Source of the DNA: Phycisphaerales bacterium | GTDB taxonomy: Bacteria > Planctomycetota > Phycisphaerae > Phycisphaerales > UBA5793 | Reading direction: 5' to 3' | Assembly: GCA_026647365.1 (NCBI GenBank) | Contig: JAPKGW010000006.1 | Location: forward strand, 84,395-148,394 | DNA length: 64,000 nt | Notes under the pieces: model-generated | Told to the model about the DNA's origin: nothing | Databases searched by the model: none | What the model saw: only the letters and a program-made list of their open reading frames with translations | Position numbers and translations under genes: made by a program | Shown here: in pieces, positions 31,294 through 41,440 of the stretch | Layout of the letters: every line of letters starts with the position of its first letter | Numbering within the stretch: position 1 is the stretch's first letter

Positions 31294-32625
31294 CGCCTCT
31301 TCCGCTTCGGCCTCTGCCTCCGCTTCGCGGGCGCGGCGGGTCATTGACCGCAGGCGCCAGAACATCGTGATCGCCGCGAGAGAACTGAAGAACGCGCAGA
31401 CGAGGAATGAGCGGTTGGCTTCAAGACCCAGAGGCCGGCGCGCCAGCCAGACGACTCCGGCGGCGATGCTCATGAAGATGTTGGACATGGCGTTGGCGGC
31501 GGCGAGGTAGCGGCCGCGCGACTCGTCGGGCGCCAGTTCCTGCAGCAGGGCCTGGAGCGGCACAAGATACAGCCCCGCCGAGATTCCCGCGCCCCCGAGG
31601 AAGAACGCGACGTTCGACTTGTTCGGCGGCACCAGACCCAGAAGCATCAGAAACAGCGTCAGTCCGATCGCCCCGGCCGGCACGAGGCGCGGCTCGATGC
31701 GGTCACCCGAAAGCAGGCCCGCCAGCGCGCTGCCCACACCGATCGACACCGCGAGCACGCCGAGCAGGTAGGACGCCTCGGTGTAGGAGATGTTCAGCAG
31801 GCCCTTGTACTCGGGCACCAGCAGGATCGACATCATCCCGATGAGATAGAAGTAGGACCACGAGACGGCGACCAGCAGAATCGGCCCGCGGCTCATCTCC
31901 CGGATCGACTCCCAGTAGGTCGTGAAGGGATTGGGGTCGAACTTCAACTTCACGTTCTGCGCTCTGAGTCGGGGCAGGAAGAGCACCGCGATCACGCCCG
32001 CGAGCGCGAAGGCCACCATCACCGCAAAGGGCAGCCAGTGCATCGCGGGGGGCAGCGTCCCATCCACCCGCGGCCTGGAGGGAAAGAAGCGGTCGCTCAC
32101 CGGCCCGGCGATCATCGTGCCCACGATGATGGCGATGTTGGTGAGCATGTTGATCATGCCGTTGGCCCGGCTCAACTCGGTGGTGCGCACGAGTTCGGGG
32201 ATCATGCCGTACTTCGCCGGGCTGAACATCGTGCTCTGGATCGACATGAAGATGAACGCGATGAGGGTAATGTAGAGTTGCCCCATCCACAGCCCCAGGC
32301 CCGCGACGGCAACGATGGGAATCTCCGCAACCTTCATCCACACCGCAACGCGCTGCTTGCTGATGCGGTCGTTGAGTTGCCCGGCGTAGCCCGAAAGGAG
32401 CACGAAGGGCAGCGTCAGGCACAGGGCGATGATCGACTGCCCCCCCTTGCCCAGCGCATCGCGCCACAGCCCCTCGGTGACCATGAAGATGAGCACCTGC
32501 TTGAGGATGTTGTCGTTGGCCGCACCGAGAAACTGAGTGGTGAGGAGGGACGAGAAACCCTGCCCGAGGAGATTCCCGCCGTTGCGGCTCCTGGACCTGC
32601 GGGTTTGCTCGCCACGTCCGCCCAT
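31291..32625 (-). CDS. MFS transporter, LplT/Aas-type
   Basis: TQFLGAANDNILK, PFVLLSGYAGQL.DR, FSPAKYGMIPEL, ANG, VPLQALLQ. Confidence 0.88.
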   Translation of the reverse strand: MGGRGEQTRRSRSRNGGNLLGQGFSSLLTTQFLGAANDNILKQVLIFMVTEGLWRDALGKGGQSIIALCLTLPFVLLSGYAGQLNDRISKQRVAVWMKVAEIPIVAVAGLGLWMGQLYITLIAFIFMSIQSTMFSPAKYGMIPELVRTTELSRANGMINMLTNIAIIVGTMIAGPVSDRFFPSRPRVDGTLPPAMHWLPFAVMVAFALAGVIAVLFLPRLRAQNVKLKFDPNPFTTYWESIREMSRGPILLVAVSWSYFYLIGMMSILLVPEYKGLLNISYTEASYLLGVLAVSIGVGSALAGLLSGDRIEPRLVPAGAIGLTLFLMLLGLVPPNKSNVAFFLGGAGISAGLYLVPLQALLQELAPDESRGRYLAAANAMSNIFMSIAAGVVWLARRPLGLEANRSFLVCAFFSSLAAITMFWRLRSMTRRAREAEAEAEAEEA

Positions 32626-32712
32626 GATGGCGTGAGGGTATGAGGGTGAGAGAGACGGGGCGCGAGCCGAGGTCTGAGGCTTCGTTCTCCGCCGTGCGGT
32701 GATGCAGGCTGA

Positions 32713-33375
32713 CTATCGATCTTGTCCCGCCTGTCTCTCCAACTCTTCCAGACACCAGGTGCCCCATTGCCTGAGTTCGGCGTCGTCGGCCTCGGTCCAC
32801 TCCGTGAGTATCTGGATTGTTGCGTCCTGAGCGTCGACCCATGCCAGAAGATCGAGCCATTGAAGCCGTTCGTCGATACTCGTCAATGCGAGTGAATCCG
32901 GCCGACCGATCGCAACACGCACTCGCTGGCCCAGCATGCTTGCCTGCCATCGCCACAACCATTCCGTCAAATCATGATCCATTTGATACTCGTATGCGCG
33001 GCCTTTGAGTTCGTCGCGGGCAACGTCCCATTCAGGCCACGGCACCGCGATGATCAGTGCCGTATTGGGGAGCACCGACGGCCAGCCGCCGCGCCGGGCC
33101 TTGGGAACGACGGGCACGACGAGACCTGCGGCCGCGAGCACAACGCCGACCATCGCCCAGCGCCATCGCCTTCGCGTCTTGAAGAGTTGCCCTTCGCGCC
33201 TGGCTGTGCGGCCGCACTCGGGGCAGGTGAGCGTCATCGCGGCGCGGAGGTCGTACCAGCACTTCGGACAGCGGCGCCGGCCGCGGGCGCGGTCGTGAAA
33301 GAGCGACCAGTAGAGCAGCGCCGCGCCGCCCAGCACGATCAGCACGCCGAGCGTCTGGTACGCAAGATCGGGCAT
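32713..33375 (-). CDS. Zinc-ribbon membrane protein
   Basis: TM helix, DRARGRRRCPKCWYDL…CPECG, second TM helix. Confidence 0.7.
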   Translation of the reverse strand: MPDLAYQTLGVLIVLGGAALLYWSLFHDRARGRRRCPKCWYDLRAAMTLTCPECGRTARREGQLFKTRRRWRWAMVGVVLAAAGLVVPVVPKARRGGWPSVLPNTALIIAVPWPEWDVARDELKGRAYEYQMDHDLTEWLWRWQASMLGQRVRVAIGRPDSLALTSIDERLQWLDLLAWVDAQDATIQILTEWTEADDAELRQWGTWCLEELERQAGQDR

Positions 33376-33631
33376 GATGGGATTGGACCTCGTTCGGCGA
33401 GCGCGCAAAGCGCGACAGAGTCACGCAGTATTGTCCAGGTTCATGGCCGTTCCACCAGCAAGCACATCGCAGCGCCGGCAACAGACGATCGGACTTCGGC
33501 CTGCAATCCCACAGGCGGAGTGGGCGCGTCACGGCACAAGATAGAACGACACCCGACGCACGGACACCCCATTGCGCTCTTTGTGCCTCGTTGCGGCTAT
33601 CCCTTTTGAATTGAAGCGGGCGCGGCGCGAC

Positions 33632-33880
33632 TCAGAGCGTCGCGTCGGTGTAGGGCAGCAGGCCGAGGTAGCGGGCCCGCTTGATCGCCTGGGCGATCAT
33701 CCGCTGCTCGCGGGCGCCGACGCCAAGACGTTTGCGGGAGTACATCTTGCCGTTGGGGCTCATGAGGCGGCGGAGTTCATCGACATCCTTATAGTCGACG
33801 TACATCTTGCCCTTGGCAGACTTCTTGGCGACTTTGCCGCCGCGCGGCTGTGGCGCCTGATCAAAGTTCCGGTTGTTCAT
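33632..33880 (-). CDS. rpsR: 30S ribosomal protein S18 (Cys-free form)
   Basis: VDYKDVDELRRLMSPNGK.YSRKRLG…QR.IAQAIKRARYLGLLPY. Confidence 0.94.
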   Translation of the reverse strand: MNNRNFDQAPQPRGGKVAKKSAKGKMYVDYKDVDELRRLMSPNGKMYSRKRLGVGAREQRMIAQAIKRARYLGLLPYTDATL

Positions 33881-34092
33881 TGAATGAAATCCTCTCGTGT
33901 CTCGGGTACCGGCGGCTGCGGCAACGCCGCAGACTGTTCGCCGAGGCAGCCCCGCACGGGCCGGGGCGACACTTTCGACAGCCCGTACTCTAGGGCCCGC
34001 CGATGCACGCGGCAAGGGCGGCGGCGCTGCGGACGCTGCTGCGGCTTGTCGATGCCGCGCCGCCCGGGAGAGGGCGAGCGCCCCGCGCATGC

Positions 34093-35871
34093 TCAAGCCC
34101 CGGACCTGCGGCGGCTGATCATCTCCTTGAGCCGCTTGCGCTCGGAACCGGTCAGCACGACCGTCCAGAAGAGCACGGCACTGAAGATCGCTGCCGCGAG
34201 CAAGGCGGCGCCGGCGCCCGTGTGCGACCACGAACCGAAGAGCCCTCGGGTCAGCCACAACCCCCCGCCCACTGCAACGCCGATCACCGCGCCAGGCAGG
34301 AGTGACCGGACGTACATGTCGCGCACGCGCAGGTCATACTGGGCGCAGGCGAGGATGGGAATGTACAGGCCGTAGACCAGGAGGTAGATCGCGCTCATGC
34401 TCGCAGCGACGGCGTACATTGCCGCGTTCTCCGCCAGAAGTGAGACGCGGCATTCAGCCACCAGCAGCCCGTGAATAACCGGCAGGGAGCCGTCACGCAG
34501 CGACTCGAGCATCATGCCCTCGCGGAAGTGCCCGCGGACGTACGGCGGCAGGAGCCAGAGAATGAGCACGGCCAGGATCGCCTGGGCGACGCCGGTGAGC
34601 AGCAGGCGCGATGCATACGTGCGGACGTCTCCGGCGCCGAGCATGATCCGCAGCGGTCCCTGCATGATCACGAAGAAGGGGCTGCCGAGAAGCAGAATGT
34701 TGAGCAGATGGGCCATGTCGCGGTTGGCGCCGAATCGCTGGCTCGCGGAGTGCTCGCCCAGCCAGGCCTCGATGAGCGGCTCGCCGAGGACGATGAGGAC
34801 CGCGACGACGGGGAAGATCACCCCTGCCTGCACTCGCGTCATGGCCAGGACCAGGCCGCCGATGAGCGCCTTGCCGCTCTGGAGGTTGTGGGAGAACTTC
34901 GCGGCCATCGGCTCGACGCCGAAGGAGATTCCCATCGCAATCTGCTTGGTGTAACCGACGAGCAGGACGACGACGCCGAAAAGCCCGTTGAGCGTTGGGC
35001 CGAGGAAGATGTTCACGAGCACCTGGTTGGTGCGGTCGTAGAGGTTCGTGGCGATCTCGCTCTGGCCCACGTGCCCGCCGGTGCGGAAGATCTCGGCGAG
35101 GCGGGACCGGGTCAGCAGGCGCAGGTCGATGCCGGCGTTGGCGCAGGTCAGGTATGCCCACGCGGCACACACGAGACGCACCAGAGCCGTGAGGCCGCAG
35201 TTGACCGCGACATAGGCGATGAGCGGATGCGCCCTGCCCCAAGGCTGGGCGAAGACAACGAAGGCGGCGGCCAGGGCCGCCACGCGCTCCAGCAACAGTT
35301 CCAGGTTGCGCAGCGGGATGCGGTGCGTCGCGTCGAAGAGGGTGATGAAGGGCACCGTAACCACAACCCAGGTCGTGAAGACGCTCAGGGTGACCCACGA
35401 CCACCACATCTGCGAGGCGAACTCCTCGCCGAACTGAAAGACCATCATCGCCAGCGGCGTGCCGGCGAGCATGAGCATTCCAAGCCCCACGCCGAGCAGC
35501 ACCGAGCTGACGAAGGCCGCGGTGAAGCCGGCGCGCATCGCCCTCGGATCGCCCCTGAGATGTGCCTGGCTGAGTTCACGCACGAGGGCCGCGCGCACCG
35601 TCTGCTGGAGGATGTTGATGATGCCCACGCTGGACATGAGCAGCGCGAAGAGGCCGAATCCCGCCAGGCCCATGTGATCTTCACGCAGCAGATACGGCGT
35701 GATGATCAGCCCGATGGCGAATGTCCCGATCAGTCTCCCATAGGAAGACACGCTGTTGGAAAGAAGTTGTCGGCTGGTCGCGCCCGCCGCAGGAGAGTCG
35801 CGGCCCGTGGACGCTTCCGGAGATGTCGAGACCACGTGCGACTCCACCCGGCTTGATGGCCCGGCGCCCAC
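34093..35871 (-). CDS. Wzx-like polysaccharide flippase (MOP family)
   Basis: LLSNSVSSY, IITPYLL…G..GFGL, many TM helices. Start uncertain (35835 possible). Confidence 0.8.
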   Translation of the reverse strand: MGAGPSSRVESHVVSTSPEASTGRDSPAAGATSRQLLSNSVSSYGRLIGTFAIGLIITPYLLREDHMGLAGFGLFALLMSSVGIINILQQTVRAALVRELSQAHLRGDPRAMRAGFTAAFVSSVLLGVGLGMLMLAGTPLAMMVFQFGEEFASQMWWSWVTLSVFTTWVVVTVPFITLFDATHRIPLRNLELLLERVAALAAAFVVFAQPWGRAHPLIAYVAVNCGLTALVRLVCAAWAYLTCANAGIDLRLLTRSRLAEIFRTGGHVGQSEIATNLYDRTNQVLVNIFLGPTLNGLFGVVVLLVGYTKQIAMGISFGVEPMAAKFSHNLQSGKALIGGLVLAMTRVQAGVIFPVVAVLIVLGEPLIEAWLGEHSASQRFGANRDMAHLLNILLLGSPFFVIMQGPLRIMLGAGDVRTYASRLLLTGVAQAILAVLILWLLPPYVRGHFREGMMLESLRDGSLPVIHGLLVAECRVSLLAENAAMYAVAASMSAIYLLVYGLYIPILACAQYDLRVRDMYVRSLLPGAVIGVAVGGGLWLTRGLFGSWSHTGAGAALLAAAIFSAVLFWTVVLTGSERKRLKEMISRRRSGA

Positions 35872-35936
35872 TCGCGGCGCCGGCCCGCGACACTATTGAA
35901 GCCCCCATTTCGCGCCCGGTCGGCGCGGGCTTGCGT

Positions 35937-37301
35937 TCACGCGGCCTGGGCCGCCCAATCCTCTTCCCATCCCTCCTCTTCCCACTGCTCCTCCCACGCC
36001 TGCGCGTCCGCGGCGAGATCGGCGCGGTCGCTGGAGAAGAGGCCGGCCACGTAGACCAGCAGCATCGGACCCGCCATGCCGTAGATCCAGTTCACCATGA
36101 AGAACCCGATATCCCCGCGCCCCATCGCGATGACCTGACCAAGCGCCGCGCCGGCGATGGACACAAAGTAGGGGTTGCCGGTCTGCTGCCAGAGGCGGTG
36201 ATCGACGGCGGCGAAGACCAGGCCGAACCCCACGGCCAAATAGACCACCATGAGCCACCCGCCTTCGTGCCAGGCGTGGCCCATCAGACCCGGTCCCCAG
36301 TTGTACCGCTTCATCTCCGCAACCGTAACCACCTTGGCCAGAATCTCGGAGAGCGGAACCGGCTTGTCCGGCCATATCTCGCGCGGCACCAGGTACGTCA
36401 GCATGTACCACGTTGAATGGAAAGGCTGCGGCGCCAGGTCGGTCGTGTACCGCTCGATCGCGTACACCGAGCATGAAAACGTGTCGGTGAAGAACAACTC
36501 CTTCGCCTGCTCGACGCTTATGGCGTCGGCGACGGCGCGCACGCGGTACGAAAGCGAATAGGTTTCTGCCTCGCGCGAGCGGATGGCCGTCACCCCGCCG
36601 ATGAACAGGAGCAGGAGGATCGCATAGACGGCGTAGCGTGGAGTGTTCATCACGGCCGTCTTGAACTGCCAGCGGAAGTAGTACATCCCCCAGGCCACCG
36701 CCAGAACACCCGACAGTACCGCGCGCCGGCCGAACTCGCCCTGAAGAAGCGACAGGAGCAGCACGAGGATCAGCGGCGGGCAGATCAACCACGACAGCAC
36801 GTTGAGGCGGTGCTCATTCCAGACCCACAACAGAAGGACTATTGAGAAGCAGCACAGGCCTCGACCCACCTGCAGTGCAAGGCTTCTCAGAGGCCCGGGA
36901 AGCGGCAGGATTGAAAAGCGGCTCTCAAGGCCGAGAACGATCGCCACGCCGAGAACGATCACGATGGGAAGCACCGTGGCTGAAGGCGCACGAGTGGGAA
37001 TGCACCGCGCCAGCCACGACACCGGATGCTTCCAGCGATACACCAGGAGAAAAACGATTGTGAAGAGCACAAGCCCGGCGCCGAAGCGAAAGTACGTCGC
37101 CTCGCTGATCTGCACGCCCAGCCGACGCATTCCCATCGAGATGGTCAGGATGGCGGAAAGACATTGGAAGAACGCAACGCCGATCAGGAACAGGCTTCGA
37201 TTCGAGAGCAGCGGATAACGTCCGCGGTAGTAGTCGAGCACCACGCCGCCGATGAGCACGATCAGCAGAATCGTCGAGGTGAAGAGGAGAGCAGTCTGCA
37301 T
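35937..37301 (-). CDS. Wzy-like polysaccharide polymerase
   Basis: About 10 TM helices, GRRA motif, periplasmic loop ending LVPREIWPDKP, GPGLMGHAW.EGG; located next to the flippase. Confidence 0.65.
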   Translation of the reverse strand: MQTALLFTSTILLIVLIGGVVLDYYRGRYPLLSNRSLFLIGVAFFQCLSAILTISMGMRRLGVQISEATYFRFGAGLVLFTIVFLLVYRWKHPVSWLARCIPTRAPSATVLPIVIVLGVAIVLGLESRFSILPLPGPLRSLALQVGRGLCCFSIVLLLWVWNEHRLNVLSWLICPPLILVLLLSLLQGEFGRRAVLSGVLAVAWGMYYFRWQFKTAVMNTPRYAVYAILLLLFIGGVTAIRSREAETYSLSYRVRAVADAISVEQAKELFFTDTFSCSVYAIERYTTDLAPQPFHSTWYMLTYLVPREIWPDKPVPLSEILAKVVTVAEMKRYNWGPGLMGHAWHEGGWLMVVYLAVGFGLVFAAVDHRLWQQTGNPYFVSIAGAALGQVIAMGRGDIGFFMVNWIYGMAGPMLLVYVAGLFSSDRADLAADAQAWEEQWEEEGWEEDWAAQAA

Positions 37302-37579
37302 CGGAATCGGTTTCGGGAGGCGATCCGGGGCGCGGCCGGGCCGGGTATTCGGACGCCGGATGGCCCGTCGGGCCGGGCTCCGCCAGGCCCCTCATCCTAG
37401 ACGGCGTGGAGTCAGCCGTGGCCGGTAAGGATCGTCCGAAAGCACGCGGCGCACTACATTCCTCAGAGTGCCGACTCCAAATATCTCGACCATCTTGCCC
37501 AGGTTCATTCGGCATTTCATACTCTGGATGGCGAACCCGCTCCCTGCGACGGGCGGTAACGCCTGAAGGAGAGGTTCTC

Positions 37580-39265
37580 ATGCGATCTTCCCGGACGATC
37601 ACGCAACTGCTTGCTGCCGCGGCCGTCGGCGGTGCATGCCTCACGGTCTGTGCTCAGACGGAGCAGAAGCCCTCAGGGCAGGATGGAGGCCGGCTCATTC
37701 GCAAGAGCGGCGAGGGCGGCTCGGCCCCGCAGAGTCAGCAATCGCTGCGACGACGAATCATCAACCGCATGCGCGATGGCAGCGGCGGTTCCGGCAGCCC
37801 GCGAGGCGTCTGGAATCGCACGTTCCCGGACCCGGCGCCCTATCCCGTTGCCGTCGAGCAGTCGCCGGGCAACTTCTCGGTGTCCAGCGCCCGCGATGGC
37901 GTCCTGCGCTCTGCCGTCAGCCAGTCCATGTACTCCGCGAGCAACTGCGAAGTAACGTGGTCGATTGCGCCGGTTGAGTCCGGCCTCGACCTGACCTACG
38001 TCATCAGCAATCGCACCGGGTCCGCCCAGGCCCTGCCCACGCTCCAGATCGGCGGGCTGGAGTTCGGCGACGTGATCGACTACGTGGACCACCGAATCAC
38101 CACCGAGTGGAAGACGCTCGACGCCACGGGCGGACGCGGCGTGTGGTCGGCGACGGAACTCTACCCGCAGAGCCTCTATGCGCCGGTCATCATTGCGCGC
38201 AACGAGCGGCACGCGGTCGGTCTCTCGCTTCAGTATCCCCTGTTTCGCTACCAGCACCAGATCCGCACCTACATCGGCCGCGGGGCCGGACCGAACAGCC
38301 GGACCTGGAACACGCGCTTTCACCTGGAAGGCGAACTGGTGCCCAGCGAATCGCGCGAGTACGTCGTGAACATCCGCTTTACGGACCGCGAGGACTGGAT
38401 CCACACGATCGCGCCGTACAAGGAATACCTCGCCCAGCGCGGCTCCGTTCGGTATCAGCAGGACCTGCGCCCGGTGTGGGGCATGGCCATCGGCGACACG
38501 CTGCGCATCGCCCAGGACAATCCGCGCGGGGTCAACGGATACCGCGCCGACCTGAACGGCTGGCAGCGCGACGTGGATTACATTCTCGAATACGCCGTGC
38601 CCGCCGGCTTTGAGCGGGTGATGGTGTGGGCGGCCTCGGGCGTCTACGACGAGCACCGCGGCAACAACTTCCCGCCCCAGTTCATGGCCGAGTGGACCGG
38701 GCCGATGGTCGAGACGGAATCGCAGTGGTCGCGCATCCGCGACGCGGGCATCGATCTTCTCTTCTGGTGGGGACGTTCGGGGCAGTATGCCGAACGCTGG
38801 AACGACGATGTCCTCGACAAGTTCACGCCGACGACCTCGGTCCAGTCGCGGATGATGCTCGACCAGTGGCGGCTGGCGCTGCGGCGGGGGGCGAGCGGCG
38901 TGGGCCTGGACGCCTTCACGCAGATGGACGCCTGGCACGCCATTCCCTGGATCGCCATGCTCCGCGAACTCAAGCCCGATGCGACGATCGTCGCCGAGCC
39001 TGCGGGCTTTGACCTCCTGCACCTGCACGTTCCGACCTTCCTTTACAACGAGGATGCCGACCGCGGCTCTCACCTGCTCGCCGACTACCTCGTGCCGGGC
39101 CGGGAACTCTGGGTCTACTGCCGCGGCTCGGGTCAGACGCTCGAGCAGATCGAGGGGTACATCGCCAACGGCATGACGGTCGTTCTCCGCGGGCGCAACA
39201 TCAGCGCCAACGACCTGCGCGATGCCGTCGAGCGCGCCCAGCAGCAGCAGCAGGGCCAGCAGTGA
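37580..39265 (+). CDS. Secreted hypothetical protein, possibly a glycan-active TIM-barrel
   Basis: GAAGGAG RBS, signal peptide, aromatic-rich sequence, GVGLDAF and IVAEP motifs, poly-Q tail. Confidence 0.65.
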   Translation: MRSSRTITQLLAAAAVGGACLTVCAQTEQKPSGQDGGRLIRKSGEGGSAPQSQQSLRRRIINRMRDGSGGSGSPRGVWNRTFPDPAPYPVAVEQSPGNFSVSSARDGVLRSAVSQSMYSASNCEVTWSIAPVESGLDLTYVISNRTGSAQALPTLQIGGLEFGDVIDYVDHRITTEWKTLDATGGRGVWSATELYPQSLYAPVIIARNERHAVGLSLQYPLFRYQHQIRTYIGRGAGPNSRTWNTRFHLEGELVPSESREYVVNIRFTDREDWIHTIAPYKEYLAQRGSVRYQQDLRPVWGMAIGDTLRIAQDNPRGVNGYRADLNGWQRDVDYILEYAVPAGFERVMVWAASGVYDEHRGNNFPPQFMAEWTGPMVETESQWSRIRDAGIDLLFWWGRSGQYAERWNDDVLDKFTPTTSVQSRMMLDQWRLALRRGASGVGLDAFTQMDAWHAIPWIAMLRELKPDATIVAEPAGFDLLHLHVPTFLYNEDADRGSHLLADYLVPGRELWVYCRGSGQTLEQIEGYIANGMTVVLRGRNISANDLRDAVERAQQQQQGQQ

Positions 39266-39283
39266 GGCTCGGCGTCGCGAGAG

Positions 39284-39298
39284 TGGGGTCAGACCCCA
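39284..39298. repeat. Short REP-like palindrome
   Basis: TGGGGTC-A-GACCCCA just downstream of a stop codon. Confidence 0.4.
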
Positions 39299-39528
39299 TT
39301 CCCGGGATCGTCTTTGAACTTCCGAACACTCCCGCCGGGCCGTCCCCGCGGGATTGTTCATTTTCTCGCCGTGTTCGCGTGCACCGTTGCTGGCTCAACC
39401 TGAAGCAGACTGGATCGCGCGGCCGCGATGCAGGTCCGTCATACACTACACACAACCGCGGGGGCCCGGGCCGCGCCGCCTGGCTGCACCTTTCCCGATG
39501 GAGCGGGCGCCGAGAGGAAGAGACTCCC

Positions 39529-40269
39529 ATGTCTTTGCAGGAACTGGCTGCGAAGAACTCCGCCGCCCCGACCGCCTATTCGCAGGAACAGGCGGCGGCG
39601 TATGACGACAAGCGCTTCACCGGCCCCGTCGGCCGCCGCCTCCACGCCTGCGAGTGGGACATCCTCCGTGAAGCGCTCGCCCGCGTCGATCGATCAGCCC
39701 GGATCATCGAGATCGGCTGCGGCACAGGACGGCTGCTGCTCGAAGCCCGGCGCGCGGGGTACAACGTCGGCGGCCTCGACGCCTCGCCCGACATGCTCGA
39801 ACAACTGCGCCAGAAGATCACCGGCGGGGGCGAGTTCGAGGTGATCGTCGGCGAGGCGGCGAATGTGCCCATGCCCGACGGCTCGTTCGACTTCGTCTAC
39901 GCCATCCGCCTGCTCAACCAGACCGAGTCGCCGGAGTACGCGCTGCGCGTCGTGACCGAGATGCACCGGCTGGCCAGGCCGGGCGGATACGTGCTCGCGG
40001 AGTTTGTCAACTCCCATCGCCCGCGCTGGGGGGACAACCGGCGCGAGACCACTCGCCTCACACCCGCGCAGGTGATCGAGTGCGGCCGCGCCGCGCGTGG
40101 GGAAGTCATCGCCTGCCGCGGCGCGTTTCTGCTGAGCATGCAGGCGTATAACCGGACGCCGACCTTTGGTCTTCCTCTCGTCTCGGGGCTTGATCGCCTC
40201 CTCTCGCGCCTGTTGCCGCGCTGGTGCAGCCGCTCGTACGTCCTGTTCCGCAAAAGAGCGGCCGCATGA
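39529..40269 (+). CDS. Class I SAM-dependent methyltransferase
   Basis: IIEIGCGTGR, GLDASPDML, PMPDGSFDFVY, RLARPGG. Confidence 0.9.
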   Translation: MSLQELAAKNSAAPTAYSQEQAAAYDDKRFTGPVGRRLHACEWDILREALARVDRSARIIEIGCGTGRLLLEARRAGYNVGGLDASPDMLEQLRQKITGGGEFEVIVGEAANVPMPDGSFDFVYAIRLLNQTESPEYALRVVTEMHRLARPGGYVLAEFVNSHRPRWGDNRRETTRLTPAQVIECGRAARGEVIACRGAFLLSMQAYNRTPTFGLPLVSGLDRLLSRLLPRWCSRSYVLFRKRAAA

Positions 40270-41423
40270 GGGTCGGCGTCTACGCCTCGATGCTGGCGAG
40301 CGAGCGCGGCCACGAGCACAACGTCTCGGGCCACATCCAGGTGCCGGCGCAATCGGCCCGGCTCCTGCACGAGGCAGGACACGAGGTTCATCTCATCACC
40401 AACGAGTTCGGGCCGAAGCACACGCTTCCGGCGATCGTGCCCCGAGGATTGCGAACGCACTTCGTCCTTGACGCGCGTGTACGGCCGGAGAAGATGCGCG
40501 GCGCCAAGTCAAGGGACGGGGTGCGCCCGGCGGCGCTGTTGCGACAGGCTTTCCAGATCCGCCGCATCGTGCGCGCCGAGCGGCTCGATGTGCTGCACGT
40601 CTTCGGCTTCGTGCGCACGGCTCAACTCGGCGGCGCGATTCGGATGACGGCGCCTGGGGCGCCCGTCGTCGCGACCGTTCTCAACGGCGACGTGCACCGG
40701 CACGGAGGCGCGCCGGGACGCTGGCTGCTCCGCCGGCTCGACGCGGTCCTTTCCGCCACCGACTTTGCCGCTCGCCGGTACCAAGAACTCGGAGTCAAGG
40801 TCGACCGTCTGCGCCACGGCGTCATCCGCGACCTGCGCCGCGAGAGCGGCGCCGAAGCAGCGCAGCAGCGACGCCGCGTTCTCTTCTGGCGCGACGCCAA
40901 CGAGATGAACGGCGGCGACGTCTGCCTGGCCGCCTTCGATGCGCTCGCTCCGCGCTTTCCCGACGTGTCATTCGACTTCGCCATCCGGCCGGTCTGGAAC
41001 GAAGTGCCCGGCATCAGCGACCTTCCCAGGCGCCGCCAGAACGTCCACGTCCATCGTTTTCCCTACGAAGCCGGCGTCAGCCTCGCGGGACTGATGAACG
41101 AGTCGCTGCTTGTCGTGCTGCCTTTTCGCCGCCTCTCGATCGATCCGCAGTTCTCGATCGCCGAAAGTCTCGCGGCCGGAGTGCCTGTCGTCACGACGCG
41201 CATTCAGTCCAATCCCGAACTTGTCGAGGACGGCCGGACCGGCGCACTGATCGAGGCGGGCAGCGCGGAAGCCGTCGTCGAAGCCGTCACCGGGTTGCTC
41301 GACGACCGCGCCCGCCTCGAAGAGATGGGGCGAGCGACGGCCGGGCGATTCGCGGCGCAGTGGAACTGGACCGGATATGTGATCGGCCTGGAGCACGTTT
41401 ATCAGCGGGTGATGCGCTGCTGA
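40266..41423 (+). CDS. Glycosyltransferase family 4
   Basis: ATGA overlap; ESLAAGVPVVTT…ELVEDGRTGALI…EEMGR. Confidence 0.85.
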   Translation: MRVGVYASMLASERGHEHNVSGHIQVPAQSARLLHEAGHEVHLITNEFGPKHTLPAIVPRGLRTHFVLDARVRPEKMRGAKSRDGVRPAALLRQAFQIRRIVRAERLDVLHVFGFVRTAQLGGAIRMTAPGAPVVATVLNGDVHRHGGAPGRWLLRRLDAVLSATDFAARRYQELGVKVDRLRHGVIRDLRRESGAEAAQQRRRVLFWRDANEMNGGDVCLAAFDALAPRFPDVSFDFAIRPVWNEVPGISDLPRRRQNVHVHRFPYEAGVSLAGLMNESLLVVLPFRRLSIDPQFSIAESLAAGVPVVTTRIQSNPELVEDGRTGALIEAGSAEAVVEAVTGLLDDRARLEEMGRATAGRFAAQWNWTGYVIGLEHVYQRVMRC

Positions 41424-41440
41424 GGCTCCATGACCTTCGG

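Noticed and set aside
33876-33888. TTCATT-G-AATGAA palindrome at the rpsR start as a Zur box
   Set aside because: Only 6-bp arms and no match to the Zur consensus sequences I know.
33632-34258. Long N-terminal extensions in the ORF track (rpsR, thiD, atpD, rhodanese, recX-adjacent TPR)
   Set aside because: Upstream parts are low-complexity and non-homologous; internal starts match family N-termini.
39239-39262. CAG run as a phase-variation tract
   Set aside because: Short in-frame poly-Gln at the extreme C-terminus; length change would not shift the frame.
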